From positions 838 through 64,837 of the forward strand of contig BGOS01000017.1 in the NCBI GenBank assembly GCA_003569365.1: DNA of 64,000 nucleotides, in the 5' to 3' direction. Under the pieces are notes generated by a model, which worked only from the letters and a program-made list of their open reading frames with translations, was not told the origin of the DNA and did no database searches. Shown here in pieces: positions 50,941 to 61,443 of this stretch. This DNA is from Anaerolineaceae bacterium (lineage in GTDB: Bacteria; Chloroflexota; Anaerolineae; Anaerolineales; UBA11657). The first letter of the stretch is position 1. Each line of letters opens with the position of its first letter. Both the position numbers and the translations under genes were made by a program.

Positions 50941-51783
50941 TTATTCAAAGTGCGCAATCAGATCCCCAGGGGCAGCAACGCCGGCGTAGACTTTTTGAGC
51001 CGGGCCCTCAAGCGTAACGCTGTAGTCCGGAGCCACCTCTACTTGCAGCAGCCCGCCGGGCATGCGCACTTGCAGCGGGGACTGGCACAACCCCAGGCGC
51101 ACGCAGGCTGCAGCGGCGGCGCAACTGCTGCTGCCTGATGCCAGCGTATAGCCGGCACCGCGCTCCCAAATCTCAATCTGAATTTGGTGTGCATCCAGAA
51201 CACGCACCAACTGCACGTTGGTGCGCTGCGGGAAAAGCGCATGGCGCTCCAATAGCGGGCCCACGCGCCGCGCCAGCGCGGGCGAGATGCGCGCCAGCGG
51301 CACCACACAGTGCGGATTGCCAATAGAAACCGCCGTGATGTGCAGCAGCCGGCCAGCAATGTGCAGCGGCTCGTTTACAACCGCGCGCGCTGCGCCCGCC
51401 ACGGGAATGGCGCTGCTTTCAAAGCGCGCCCGCCCCAGCTGCACGCGCACGGCTGCGCCACCCGCCAGCACCTGGCACTGCACCACGCCCGCCAATGTTG
51501 TCACTGCAAATGGCTCGGCGGCCACCAGCCCGCAATCCCACAGGTAGCGCGCAAAAATGCGCAGGCCGTTGCCGCTGGTCTCAGCCTCGGAGCCATCCGG
51601 GTTGAAGATGCGCACCGCAAATTCGCCAGCCTTGGCGGCTGGGTGGGGCCACAGCACGCCATCCGCGCCGGCGCCAAGCTGGCGGTGGCATAGCTGCCGC
51701 ACCATGCCGGGCTGCGGGGGCGTTGCCTCGTCTTGCAACACAAGGTAATCATTACCCAGCGCCTGATACTTTTGAAATTTCAT
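50941..51783 (-). CDS. Diaminopimelate-epimerase-fold (DapF-like) protein lacking both catalytic cysteines
   Basis: The start is taken at MKFQKYQALGNDYLVL. The protein is collinear with DapF (IFNPDGSEAETSGNGLR, SIGNPHCV, WERGAGYTLASGSS). Ser70 (AGC, 51574-51576) and Ser216 (TCA, 51136-51138) occupy the positions of the two catalytic Cys. Confidence 0.75.
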   Translation of the reverse strand: MKFQKYQALGNDYLVLQDEATPPQPGMVRQLCHRQLGAGADGVLWPHPAAKAGEFAVRIFNPDGSEAETSGNGLRIFARYLWDCGLVAAEPFAVTTLAGVVQCQVLAGGAAVRVQLGRARFESSAIPVAGAARAVVNEPLHIAGRLLHITAVSIGNPHCVVPLARISPALARRVGPLLERHALFPQRTNVQLVRVLDAHQIQIEIWERGAGYTLASGSSSCAAAAACVRLGLCQSPLQVRMPGGLLQVEVAPDYSVTLEGPAQKVYAGVAAPGDLIAHFE

Positions 51784-51983
51784 CTTGCTGCCAACCGAAG
51801 CGTGCCCGCAGCATTGTACCGGAGCGCAGCGCGCAGCATAGTTCTCCAATTGCACGAAGGCAATTTGCGCAGTTCAATGCATAATACAAGCGTGATCAAG
51901 CAACGGCCCCGGAGCCGCCACAGTTCGCTGCCGGCGTGTGCGCGCTTGCCCGCCCGGGCGCCGGTTTAAACTAACGAGCTGTC

Positions 51984-53690
51984 ATGACAAAATCCTCCAG
52001 CACCCAACCGCCGGCCAGCGGCCCGCGCCCCGTGCGCGCGCCGCGCGGCACCACGCTCACCTGCAAAAACTGGCTGATTGAAGCGGCGTACCGCATGCTG
52101 CAAAACAACCTGGATCCGGATGTGGCCGAGTACCCGCAGGATCTGGTGGTGTACGGCGGCTTGGGCAAGGCAGCGCGCAACTGGGAAAGTTACGATGCAA
52201 TTCTGGCTGCCCTGCGCAACCTGAACGCAGACGAAACGCTGCTGGTGCAGAGCGGCAAGCCGGTGGCGGTGCTGCGCACGCACGCAGATGCGCCGCGCGT
52301 CCTGCTGGCCAACTCCAACCTGGTGCCCAAGTGGGCCACATGGGAACACTTTCATGAGCTGGACCGCAAGGGCCTGATGATGTACGGCCAGATGACGGCG
52401 GGCTCGTGGATTTACATTGGCACGCAAGGCATTGTGCAGGGCACGTACGAAACTTTTGTGGAGCTGGGGCGCCAGCATTACGGCGGCGATTGGGCGGGCA
52501 AGTGGATCCTCACGGCCGGGCTGGGCGGCATGGGCGGCGCGCAGCCGCTGGCAGCCGTGATGGCCGGCGCGCATTGCATTGTGGTGGAGTGCCAGGCGGC
52601 GAAGATTGAAGCGCGCCTGCGCACACGCTACGTGGACCACCGCGCGCGCAACATGGAAGAGGCGCTTGAAATTCTGGGAGATGCCACGCGGCCCACATCG
52701 GTTGCAGTTTTGGGAAACGCTGCCGAACTGCTGCCACAGCTGGCAGCTGCGGCGCAAAGCGGCGGCCCGCGCCCGCACGCCGTCACCGACCAAACCTCAG
52801 CGCACGATTTAATCAACGGCTATCTGCCAAGCGGTTGGACGGTGGAACAGTGGGAGGCAGCGCGCAAGGGCAGCGCTTCCGAGCGGGCAGCGCTTTCCCA
52901 AGCTGCAGCTGCATCTTGTGCGGCACACGTGCGCGCATTGCTGAGCTTTCAAGCCCTGGGCGTGCCCGTTATCGACTATGGCAACAACATCCGCCAGGTT
53001 GCCAAAGATAATGGCGTGCACAATGCGTTCGATATTCCGGGCTTTGTGCCGGCGTGCATCCGGCCGCTCTTCTGCGAGGGCAAAGGGCCATTTCGCTGGG
53101 TGGCGCTCTCCGGTGATGCGGAGGATATTTACAAGACTGATGCGAAGGTGAAGCAGCTGTTTCCGGACAACGCGCATCTGCATCATTGGCTGGATCAGGC
53201 GCGCGAACGGATTGCATTCCAAGGCTTGCCGGCGCGCATTTGCTGGCTGGGGCTGGGCGAACGGCATGCGGCCGCGCTGGCTTTCAATGCGATGGTGCGC
53301 TCCGGCGAACTTAAAGCGCCGTTGGTGATCGGCCGCGACCATTTAGATTGCGGATCGGTGGCCAGCCCCAACCGCGAAACCGAAGCCATGCTGGATGGCT
53401 CGGATGCGGTAAGCGACTGGCCGCTGCTAAACGCCATGATCGCTGTGGCGGGCGGCGCCACATGGGTAAGCCTGCATCATGGCGGCGGCGTGGGCATGGG
53501 TTATTCGCAGCATTCGGGCGTGGTAATTGTGTGCGATGGCAGCGCGGCAGCGGACGAGCGCCTGCTGCGCGTACTGTGGAACGACCCGGCGCTGGGCGTG
53601 GTGCGCCATGCTGATGCCGGCTACAAGCTGGCCGCGCAAACCGCGCATGCGCGCGGCTTGAAGCTGCCCATGCTGCCTGCAGATGGCTGA
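51984..53690 (+). CDS. hutU: Urocanate hydratase
   Basis: 568 aa with the characteristic [19 protein letters not shown]...VVYGG...[10 protein letters not shown]. Confidence 0.95.
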   Translation: MTKSSSTQPPASGPRPVRAPRGTTLTCKNWLIEAAYRMLQNNLDPDVAEYPQDLVVYGGLGKAARNWESYDAILAALRNLNADETLLVQSGKPVAVLRTHADAPRVLLANSNLVPKWATWEHFHELDRKGLMMYGQMTAGSWIYIGTQGIVQGTYETFVELGRQHYGGDWAGKWILTAGLGGMGGAQPLAAVMAGAHCIVVECQAAKIEARLRTRYVDHRARNMEEALEILGDATRPTSVAVLGNAAELLPQLAAAAQSGGPRPHAVTDQTSAHDLINGYLPSGWTVEQWEAARKGSASERAALSQAAAASCAAHVRALLSFQALGVPVIDYGNNIRQVAKDNGVHNAFDIPGFVPACIRPLFCEGKGPFRWVALSGDAEDIYKTDAKVKQLFPDNAHLHHWLDQARERIAFQGLPARICWLGLGERHAAALAFNAMVRSGELKAPLVIGRDHLDCGSVASPNRETEAMLDGSDAVSDWPLLNAMIAVAGGATWVSLHHGGGVGMGYSQHSGVVIVCDGSAAADERLLRVLWNDPALGVVRHADAGYKLAAQTAHARGLKLPMLPADG

Positions 53691-55242
53691 CCACAAAATG
53701 CTGACGCTAGATCCGGGGCAGCTCACCCTCGCCGACCTGCGCGCCCTGGCAGCGGCCTACCAGCCGCTTGCGCTGCAAGCGGGCTGCCGCGCCGCCATTG
53801 CAGCCAGTGCCCGCGCGGTGCAGGCCATCGTTGCCAAAGGCGAGCCGGCTTACGGCATCAACACCGGCTTTGGCAAGCTCGCAAAAATAAAAATTGCCGA
53901 CGCACAACTGGAGCAGCTGCAGGCCAATCTGGTGCGCTCGCATGCGGTTGGCGTTGGCGCGCTGCTGGATGACGACACCGTGCGGTTGATCCTCGCGCTA
54001 AAGATTGCGTCGCTTGCGCGCGGCCACTCCGGGATTCGCGAAGTTGTGATCGACACGCTGCTCGCGATGTACAACGCGCAAATTTGGGCGTGCATTCCGT
54101 GCCAGGGCTCCGTGGGCGCATCCGGCGACCTGGCACCGCTGGCCCACTTGACGCTGCCGCTGATGGGCGAGGGAACCGTGCGCGTGGGCGGCATTGCGAT
54201 GGATGCAGCGCCGGCATTGCATGCAGCCGGCATCCAGCCCGTAAAACTTGCTGCCAAAGAAGGCCTTGCGCTGCTGAACGGCACGCAAGTGTCCACGGGC
54301 ATTGCACTCAAGGGTTTGCTGCGCGCCGAGCAGGTGTTTGCCGCCGCCGTGGTGGCCGGCGCGCTCAGCGTGGATGCCGCCAAGGGTTCGGATGCGCCGT
54401 TTGATGCACGCATCCAAGCCGTGCGCGGGCACGCAGCCCAAATTGATGTGGCGCGCCTGTACCGCGCGCTGCTGGCGGGCAGCGCCATTCGCGCGTCGCA
54501 TCGCGAGGGCGATGACCGCGTGCAGGACCCATACTCGCTGCGCTGCCAGCCGCAAGTGATGGGCGCGTGCCTGGAGCTGATGCGCAATGCGGCGCGCACA
54601 CTGCTGGTGGAAGCCAATGCGGTGTCGGACAATCCGCTGATCTTTGTGGACCCCGCCAGCGGTGCGGGCGAGGTGCTGTCCGGCGGAAATTTTCACGCCG
54701 AGCCCGTTGCATTTGCCGCGGACACGCTGGCGCTGGCAATTGCCGAGGTTGGCGCGCTTTCAGAGCGGCGCATTGCGCTGCTGATTGATGCGTCCATCTC
54801 CGGCCTGCCGCCATTCCTTGTAAGTGCGGCCGGCTTGAACTCCGGCTTCATGATTGCGCATGTAACCGCAGCCGCTCTCGCCAGCGAGAACAAAACACTC
54901 GCGCATCCCGCCAGCGTGGACTCGCTGCCCACAAGCGCCAACCAGGAAGACCATGTATCCATGGCCACCTTTGCAGCGCGCAAGTTGGCGGACATGGCGC
55001 TGAATGTGCGCCACATTATTGCCATCGAACTGCTCGCCGCAGCCCAAGGCATTGAGTTTCACCGCCCGCTGCGCAGCTCGGCTGCGCTGGAGGAAGTGCA
55101 TGCAGCCATCCGGCAGCGCGTGCATGCCTACGATCAGGACCGCTTTTTTGCACCGGACATTGCAGCGGTGGAGGCGCTGATTGACGCAGACACCTTCACG
55201 CGTTTTGCGGGTGGCGTGCTGCCATCATGGGCGCAGCCCTGA
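53683..55242 (+). CDS. hutH: Histidine ammonia-lyase
   Basis: 519 aa with the MIO-forming motif [14 protein letters not shown]. It overlaps the hutU end by 8 nt. Confidence 0.95.
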   Translation: MADHKMLTLDPGQLTLADLRALAAAYQPLALQAGCRAAIAASARAVQAIVAKGEPAYGINTGFGKLAKIKIADAQLEQLQANLVRSHAVGVGALLDDDTVRLILALKIASLARGHSGIREVVIDTLLAMYNAQIWACIPCQGSVGASGDLAPLAHLTLPLMGEGTVRVGGIAMDAAPALHAAGIQPVKLAAKEGLALLNGTQVSTGIALKGLLRAEQVFAAAVVAGALSVDAAKGSDAPFDARIQAVRGHAAQIDVARLYRALLAGSAIRASHREGDDRVQDPYSLRCQPQVMGACLELMRNAARTLLVEANAVSDNPLIFVDPASGAGEVLSGGNFHAEPVAFAADTLALAIAEVGALSERRIALLIDASISGLPPFLVSAAGLNSGFMIAHVTAAALASENKTLAHPASVDSLPTSANQEDHVSMATFAARKLADMALNVRHIIAIELLAAAQGIEFHRPLRSSAALEEVHAAIRQRVHAYDQDRFFAPDIAAVEALIDADTFTRFAGGVLPSWAQP

Positions 55243-55268
55243 TCCGAGCGCAGCAGGAATCATTCCGC

Positions 55269-56486
55269 ATGCAAGCCGACATCCTGATTCGCAATGTGCA
55301 CCTGGCAACGCTGGCCGATGCTGCCGGCTACGGCGAAGTGCACGCGGGCGCACTGGCCGTGCATGCCGGCCGCATTGCCTGGCTGGGCCGTGAAAGCGAA
55401 CTGCCAGCAACGCTGCAGGCTGCACAAGAGGTTGACGCCCAGGGCGGCTGGCTGACGCCGGGGCTGATTGATTGCCACACGCATCTGGTATATGCCGGCA
55501 GCCGCGCCAACGAAATTGAAATGCGCTGGGCAGGCGCTGCTTATGAAGACATCGCCCGCGCCGGCGGCGGCATACTTTCCAGCGTGCGCGCCACGCGCGC
55601 AGCCAGCGCCACAGCGCTGCAAGCTGCAGCCACGCCGCGCTTGCGCGCGCTCATGCGCGACGGCGTCACCACAATTGAAATTAAATCCGGCTACGGGCTG
55701 GAGACGGCAACCGAGATCCGGCAGCTGCAGGTGGCGCGGGCGCTGGGCCTCGCCTGCGGCGTACGCGTGCGCACAACATTTTTGGGCGCGCATGCGCTGC
55801 CCCCCGAGTACGCCGGCCGCGCCGATGATTACATCACACTGCTATGCGAAGAAATGCTGCCGGCCGTGCATGCCGCCGGCTTGGCGGATGCCGTCGATGG
55901 ATTTTGTGAGGGCATCGGCTTTTCACCCGCGCAAACGCTGCGCTTGTTTGCGGCCGCGCAGGCGCTGGGCCTGCCGGTAAAGCTGCACGCCGACCAGCTC
56001 AGCGACCTCTCCGGCGCAGCGCTGGTGGCCGGGTGCGGCGGATTGTCTGCCGACCATATGGAGTACACAAGCACCGCCTCCGTGGCGGCCATGGCAAAAG
56101 CGGGCACAGTGGCCGTGCTGCTGCCCGGCGCCTTTTATTGCCTGAAGGAAACGCGCCTGCCGCCCGTTGCCGCCCTGCGCGCAGCCGGCGTGCCCATGGC
56201 AGTAAGCAGCGACTGCAACCCCGGCACCAGCCCCGGCACTTCACTGCTGTTGATGCTGCACATGGCGTGCACGCTGTTTGGACTGCGCGCAGAGGAAGCA
56301 CTGGCAGGCGCCACGCGGCACGCCGCCCGTGCGCTTGGCCTGCAATCGGAGACGGGCTGCCTGCGGGCTGGCTTAAGCGCCGACCTCGCGCTGTGGGCCA
56401 TCAACCATCCGCGCGATTTGGTGTGCGAGTTTGGGCACGCGCCGCGCGTGGCTTCGTGGTGCTGCGGCCGTGCGCTTGATGCCTGA
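55269..56486 (+). CDS. hutI: Imidazolonepropionase
   Basis: The start is taken at [10 protein letters not shown] (the alternative at 55227 overlaps hutH). Metal ligands are CHTHLVYAG and KLHADQLS. Confidence 0.9.
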   Translation: MQADILIRNVHLATLADAAGYGEVHAGALAVHAGRIAWLGRESELPATLQAAQEVDAQGGWLTPGLIDCHTHLVYAGSRANEIEMRWAGAAYEDIARAGGGILSSVRATRAASATALQAAATPRLRALMRDGVTTIEIKSGYGLETATEIRQLQVARALGLACGVRVRTTFLGAHALPPEYAGRADDYITLLCEEMLPAVHAAGLADAVDGFCEGIGFSPAQTLRLFAAAQALGLPVKLHADQLSDLSGAALVAGCGGLSADHMEYTSTASVAAMAKAGTVAVLLPGAFYCLKETRLPPVAALRAAGVPMAVSSDCNPGTSPGTSLLLMLHMACTLFGLRAEEALAGATRHAARALGLQSETGCLRAGLSADLALWAINHPRDLVCEFGHAPRVASWCCGRALDA

Positions 56487-56512
56487 GCGCAGCCACGCGC
56501 CAGCCCAACCGC

Positions 56513-57643
56513 CTAAAACAATCCGCCGCGCAGCACACCCAGCAGCGCCCCGCCCAGCAGCAGCCAGCTGGCAGAGATGCGCGTGCGCACAAGCAGCAGC
56601 AGCGCTGCCAAACCCAGCAGCGCGCCAGCCGGATCAGCCGCCAAGCCCCACGCCAGCTGCCCGGCCACCGCTGCCAGCAGCCCAAGCGAGGCAGCGTTCA
56701 CCCCGGCCAGCAAACCGGTGGCACCTTGCATGCTGCGCAAGCGCGCCAGCAGCGGCTGGGTAAGCGGCACAAAAATAAACGCCGGCAAAAAAATTCCCAG
56801 CGTCGCCAGCATTGCGCCCGGGAATCCGCCCAGCAGGTAGCCAATGAAGGTGGCGCTTGTGAAGAGCGGGCCGGGGGTCAACTGGCCGGCAGCCACTGCA
56901 TCCAGCAGCTGGCGCTCCGTTAACCAGCCCAGCCGCGCCACCAGATCTGCGCGCAAAAAAGCCAGCAGCACATAGCCACTGCCATAAAGCACTGCGCCAA
57001 TTTTCAGGAAGACCAGAAACAACAGCGGCAGCGCAAAGGGCAGCGCAGTGGCAGCGGCAACTGCCGGCAGCAGCAACACAGCCGCCGGCGGCACGCGCAG
57101 CTGCGGGCTGCCCAGCAGCCACCAGCCGGCAGCCGCGCCCGCCACCAGCAGCCCAACCTCGTTCACGCCAGCCAGCGCCAGCATCATCCCGCAAACTGCA
57201 ATCAGCAGGGTTTGCCAGCGCCGCAGCGCTGCGCGCCCCAAACCCAGCAGCGCGTGCGCCACCACGGCCACCACCACCGGCTGCACACCGGCCAGCAGCG
57301 CCAGCGCAGCCGGCAAGCTGCCAAACCGCACATAGGCGGCAGCCAGCATCAGCACGGAAAACATTGCGGGCGCAATAAAACACAACCCGGCCACCAGCAT
57401 GCCCGCATAGCCGGCGCGCTGCAATCCAATATGGATCACCAGCTCGGTGGAGTTGGGGCCGGGGATCAGGTTGGCCGCGCTCACCAGATCCAGAAACTGA
57501 TCCTCGCTGAGCCATTGGCGCCGCACCACCAGCTCTTGATGCAGCAGCGCGGTGTGTGCTGCGGGCCCGCCAAACGCGGTGCTGCCCAGGCGCAGAAATA
57601 CGCGCGCCAGTTCGGGCAGGGCTGCGCGCTGCCGCGCCGTCAT
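56513..57643 (-). CDS. chrA: Chromate transporter (CHR family)
   Basis: 376 aa with a duplicated CHR domain and LRLGSTAFGGPAAHTALLHQELV. Confidence 0.88.
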   Translation of the reverse strand: MTARQRAALPELARVFLRLGSTAFGGPAAHTALLHQELVVRRQWLSEDQFLDLVSAANLIPGPNSTELVIHIGLQRAGYAGMLVAGLCFIAPAMFSVLMLAAAYVRFGSLPAALALLAGVQPVVVAVVAHALLGLGRAALRRWQTLLIAVCGMMLALAGVNEVGLLVAGAAAGWWLLGSPQLRVPPAAVLLLPAVAAATALPFALPLLFLVFLKIGAVLYGSGYVLLAFLRADLVARLGWLTERQLLDAVAAGQLTPGPLFTSATFIGYLLGGFPGAMLATLGIFLPAFIFVPLTQPLLARLRSMQGATGLLAGVNAASLGLLAAVAGQLAWGLAADPAGALLGLAALLLLVRTRISASWLLLGGALLGVLRGGLF

Positions 57644-58086
57644 GGGCGGCGGGCGCTGTAGTCCGGCAGCCGGCGCTCATAACCAGAATGCAGCAGCGGC
57701 GAAGAAATCAAAAAGTCCGCGGTGGCCCGGTTGCAAGCCATGGGCACATTCCAAACCACGGCCATGCGCAGCAGTGCTTTCACATCCGGGTCATGCGGCT
57801 GCGGCTCAAGCGGGTCCCAAAAGAAAACCAGCATGTCCACAGCCCCGTCGGCAATGCGCGCGCCAATTTGCATGTCCCCGCCCAATGGGCCGCTGCGCAG
57901 GCAGGTGACGGTCAGCTGCAGCTCGCGCTGCAGCATGTGCCCGGTGGTGCCGGTGGCAATCAGGATATTTTTCTGCAGCCCGGCAAGGTTGAAGGCAGCC
58001 CACTCCAGCAAGTCGGCTTTCTTGTTGTCATGGGCCACGAGGGCAATGCATTTTTGCGCGGCAATGACAGGGGTTGGTTCAGGCAT
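57640..58086 (-). CDS. mgsA: Methylglyoxal synthase
   Basis: IALVAHDNKK, ATGTTG, SGPLGGD and DPLEPQPHDPDV. The start is set at the second ATG (58086), 6 nt after GGAGGA. It overlaps the chrA start by 4 nt. Confidence 0.92.
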   Translation of the reverse strand: MPEPTPVIAAQKCIALVAHDNKKADLLEWAAFNLAGLQKNILIATGTTGHMLQRELQLTVTCLRSGPLGGDMQIGARIADGAVDMLVFFWDPLEPQPHDPDVKALLRMAVVWNVPMACNRATADFLISSPLLHSGYERRLPDYSARRP

Positions 58087-58152
58087 TTGCATTCCTCCGG
58101 TTGGCGGGCAGCGTTACTTGCAGCCCGTGGCGAGATTGTCTTATTAATGAAG

Positions 58153-58171
58153 GCCGGCCAAACTGGCAGGC
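58153..58171 (-). promoter_or_regulatory. Candidate bacterial SECIS stem-loop
   Basis: In the mRNA sense: GCC-U-GCC [AGUUU] GGC-C-GGC. That is two 3-bp GC helices around a U/C mismatch, with GU in the apical loop. The loop starts 24 nt after the U of the in-frame UGA. Confidence 0.4.
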
Positions 58172-59607
58172 TAAAGCGGCTCTGCTCAGCAGAACCAGCT
58201 TTCCGTAAGGCCGGGCGGCGGCGGCCGCAAGCGCGGGCCGGGGGCCGGCGCAATCCGGCCGGCAGCGGCGTATGCCAGCTGCTCAACTGCAGCGAAGGTT
58301 GTACGCGCATCTTCTTCAGAGCGCGCAGCAGCTGCGGTGCAAGCGGAAACTTGCGCCCACAGCGCGTCCATGCGCGCGTCCGGATGCGTCCACGGGTGGC
58401 AGTAGTTCTCCGCGTCCAGCGCGCCCAGCCAGGCCGCATTGCCAAATTCACGCAAGAGCAGCGAACCCGGCGGGATCAGCAGGCGAATGCCCAGCTGCAC
58501 TGCATCAATGTGCTCCACCAAATCATTCGCGCGCAGCCACGCCAGCTGCTCCAGATAATCCGCCAGGGTTGTCCACGGCGTGAAGGCCACAAGTGAAATG
58601 CGCAGGGCAATGCCGGCAGCGTCCAATGTGCGCAGCGCAAGCTCCAGCTCCGCGCGCGTATGGCCCTTGTGCAGCGCCTGCAACACCGGCGCGGCCAGTG
58701 ATTCGACCGCCGACACCACAAACAAGCAGCCCAGCGCCGCAAACTCCGCAAACAACGCAGCGTTGGCCGCAATGTGCGAAACCTTCGCGGTGAAATCAAA
58801 AGTGACGTGGGGCAGCTGCTGGTGCAGGGCGCGCGCAATGCGCAGTGCATGCGCCGGCCCGTTCAAAAAGTCCGGGTCGCCAAAAGTAATGTGGCGCGCA
58901 CCGGCCGCCACTTGCGCGTGCACATCCGCCAGCACCGCCTCCACCGGCACTGCCACAAAGCGCCCCGCGTACACGGGCGGAATCGGGCAGTGCGCGCACA
59001 AGTGCTTGCAGCCGCGGGTGGCTTCGGTGTAGCCGGCCAGCTGCAGCTGGCCGTTGCTGCGCAGCTGCGCGTAGCACTGCAGCGGCTGCAAACCAGTGCG
59101 CTGCGGCTGCAACTCTGCGGCGGTGTTGCGGGTTGGCATGGCAGCGTCCGGGCAGTGCGCGGTGCGCACACCGGGCGGCGGCGCTTGGGCATCCCACGTG
59201 CCCTGCAGCACAGCTTGCGCCAGCTGCGGCAGCACGGTTTGCAGCTCGCCCGCCAGCACGCTGTCTGCATCTGCGTGAAACAGCTGCGCCGCATTCAGCG
59301 CAGCGTAATGCCCGTAAAAGCTGATGTGCGCTGCCGGGTTAAGCGCGCGCACAGCGCGTGCCGCCTGCACGCCCACGCGCAGTGCGGTGTGCATCGGTGT
59401 GGAGATGCCCACCCAGCGCGCACTGCGCACCGCTTGCGCATGCTGCGCCAGCGGCTCTTGCGCCAGGTCCACGGCGTGCGCTGCGATGCCGGCAGCCGCC
59501 AGCCACGCCAGCGGGGCGGCAACACCCAACGGCTGGTGTCCAAGCTCATAGCCGGACAGCAGCAGCACCGGCGCTGCGCTGCTGCCAGCGCGCTGCGCTG
59601 CGCTCAC
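58171..59607 (-). CDS. CUAEP-tail radical SAM selenoprotein (UGA at 58186-58188 read as Sec)
   Basis: It has a Rossmann/B12-binding-like N-domain and the radical SAM cluster motif GCKHLCAHCP. The ORF ends ...ESWFC-TGA, and read-through gives TGC TGA GCA GAG CCG CTT TAG = C-U-A-E-P-L-stop. The GTG start overlaps the upstream stop (GTGA). Confidence 0.75.
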
Positions 59608-61226
59608 GGTGCCACCTCCACCCGCAACAGCTCACTCGCTGCGCCGTTCACCAGCGTGCCGGCACAGGCGCTGCGATCTGCAGCGCACCCGAAGATTGCA
59701 AACAATGGCGCATCTGAAAGTAAATCGGTACCGTTGCTGGCAGCAATCAGAGTTTGCCAAATGGCGTACAACACGCGCAGTGCGCCGCCGGCCCGCGCCT
59801 GCTGCGGCGTGATATCGCCAATGCCAACCATCGGCTCAAAGTGCGACCACACATAGCCCTGCTTTGCGCCAGCAGCCACCGAGTCCTGATTGGCCAGCAG
59901 CACCACCAGCTGATCTAGATGAATGAAGGCAACGCTCTCCAGCCACTCGCTTGTACACAGCGCCAGCTCTGCGCAAGTGCGGTACGGAATGCCGGCTTGC
60001 TGCAAATAAGCACTTGCAGTTGCCAGCTCCGGGCGCGTGGCCTGCACCAGCCGCAGCGCGCGGATCTCCTGCAGCGCACCAGCCGGCTCCGCAGCGCTGC
60101 CCGCTTCCGCCCGCGCGCGCTTGAAGCGGTCATCAAAGAAGAACGGCTCCCCGCGCCCGAGGCGCGCTGTGGCTGCCTTCAACACCAGCGGCCATTGCGC
60201 CGGCTGCGGCGTGTGCAGCAGCACTACAGGGTTTGCGCCAAAATCCTGCGCATACAGCGGCGCATAATGTGCCACGTCGCCCCACTCCGGCACAAGCTGC
60301 TGCGCAGCCAGCAAGCCCAAAAGCAATGTGCCCGTTTGCTGCAGCGCACGCTGCGACAAGCGCACGCGCATGATGCCGGTGGGCTTCATCAGCGCAGCGC
60401 TAAACTGCAGCTTGAAGCGCAGCGCCACCTTGCCACCGGAGCCCAGTACTTGCGTTTCGTTCATAAGCTGCTTGGGCAGTTCGATGCCCAGCGTGTCTGC
60501 CCAAAATGCGTCAAAGGCCGCGCCGGCGTTCAGCGCCGCTGCCACATCCAGCCACAAATCTTCCGTGGCGCGCGGATCAATTTGGAACTGCGGTGCTTTG
60601 CCGTCCGGTGAAATTTGCAGCACCAGGCAGCCGCCGTGCAACGCTGCGTAGGCCGGCGCTTCGCCCGCCGGGAACGGCAGTACTTGCAGCGGGCCGGCAT
60701 ACTCCGGGCGCAGTTGAAAGTGGCGCGCGGCCGCATCCCACGCCCACAGAATTTGCCCGGCTGCATCTTGCGGAATGATGGCCCACTGCCGGCCGCTGCG
60801 CAGCACCGCCAGCGAGCCGCCCGCCGGCAGGCGCGCCTGCAGCGCTTGCTGAATTTCTGCAAACCCGGGCATGGCTTGTTGCGCCTGCCACTCCACGCCG
60901 CCGGCCGGCAGTTCCGTTGCCATCGGCAGCATGCTCTCCATTACCCGGTCAAACACACTTCCGTCGCACCCCAGCGGATTGGCAGCCGAGGGCTCAAGCG
61001 TGGGCACCGGCACGGGCGTGGGCAGCACCGGCAGCGTTGGCACAACTGGCAGCGCACCGGCAGCGGCCGTGCTTCCCGGGCGCACAACCAGCCGCGGAAC
61101 AGCTGCCGCACGCGCCCTTAACTCGGCGGTGCCGCAGCCCGCCAGCACTGCAGCCGCAAACATCAACGCTCGCGGCAGCTTGCTGGCGCAAAAAGTGCGC
61201 TCGATTTGGATGGAATTGGGGGGCAT
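59604..61226 (-). CDS. Hypothetical lipoprotein of about 540 aa with no recognisable domain
   Basis: It has a signal peptide with lipobox (KLPRALMFAAAVLAGCGT) and then a Pro/Val-rich linker. The ORF track starts at TTG 61262, but I prefer ATG 61226. TATAAT lies at 61271-61276 (minus strand). Confidence 0.6.
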   Translation of the reverse strand: MPPNSIQIERTFCASKLPRALMFAAAVLAGCGTAELRARAAAVPRLVVRPGSTAAAGALPVVPTLPVLPTPVPVPTLEPSAANPLGCDGSVFDRVMESMLPMATELPAGGVEWQAQQAMPGFAEIQQALQARLPAGGSLAVLRSGRQWAIIPQDAAGQILWAWDAAARHFQLRPEYAGPLQVLPFPAGEAPAYAALHGGCLVLQISPDGKAPQFQIDPRATEDLWLDVAAALNAGAAFDAFWADTLGIELPKQLMNETQVLGSGGKVALRFKLQFSAALMKPTGIMRVRLSQRALQQTGTLLLGLLAAQQLVPEWGDVAHYAPLYAQDFGANPVVLLHTPQPAQWPLVLKAATARLGRGEPFFFDDRFKRARAEAGSAAEPAGALQEIRALRLVQATRPELATASAYLQQAGIPYRTCAELALCTSEWLESVAFIHLDQLVVLLANQDSVAAGAKQGYVWSHFEPMVGIGDITPQQARAGGALRVLYAIWQTLIAASNGTDLLSDAPLFAIFGCAADRSACAGTLVNGAASELLRVEVAP

Positions 61227-61424
61227 GCAGCCAAATTGCAGGGGCTCTCGCCGTTTCGGCAACTGCTGCGATTATAGCCAGCTGGTGCACGCTTGGTGAT
61301 GCATTAATTTTCGCCTGTGCGCCATCCGGGACTTACCCGTGGCGGCTACACCAATCGCACGGGCTTGGACTGCAGCGGATAAACTTGTCTGCGCCCGCAG
61401 GCTGCAGACATGCACCGTGCCAAA

Positions 61425-61443
61425 GCAGTGCAATTTGCACTGC
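61425..61443. promoter_or_regulatory. 19-bp palindrome abutting the candidate -10 box (TATAAT, 61446-61451) of the first CNNM gene
   Basis: GCAGTGCA-ATT-TGCACTGC, followed by ACTATAAT, 29 nt upstream of ATG 61480. Confidence 0.3.
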
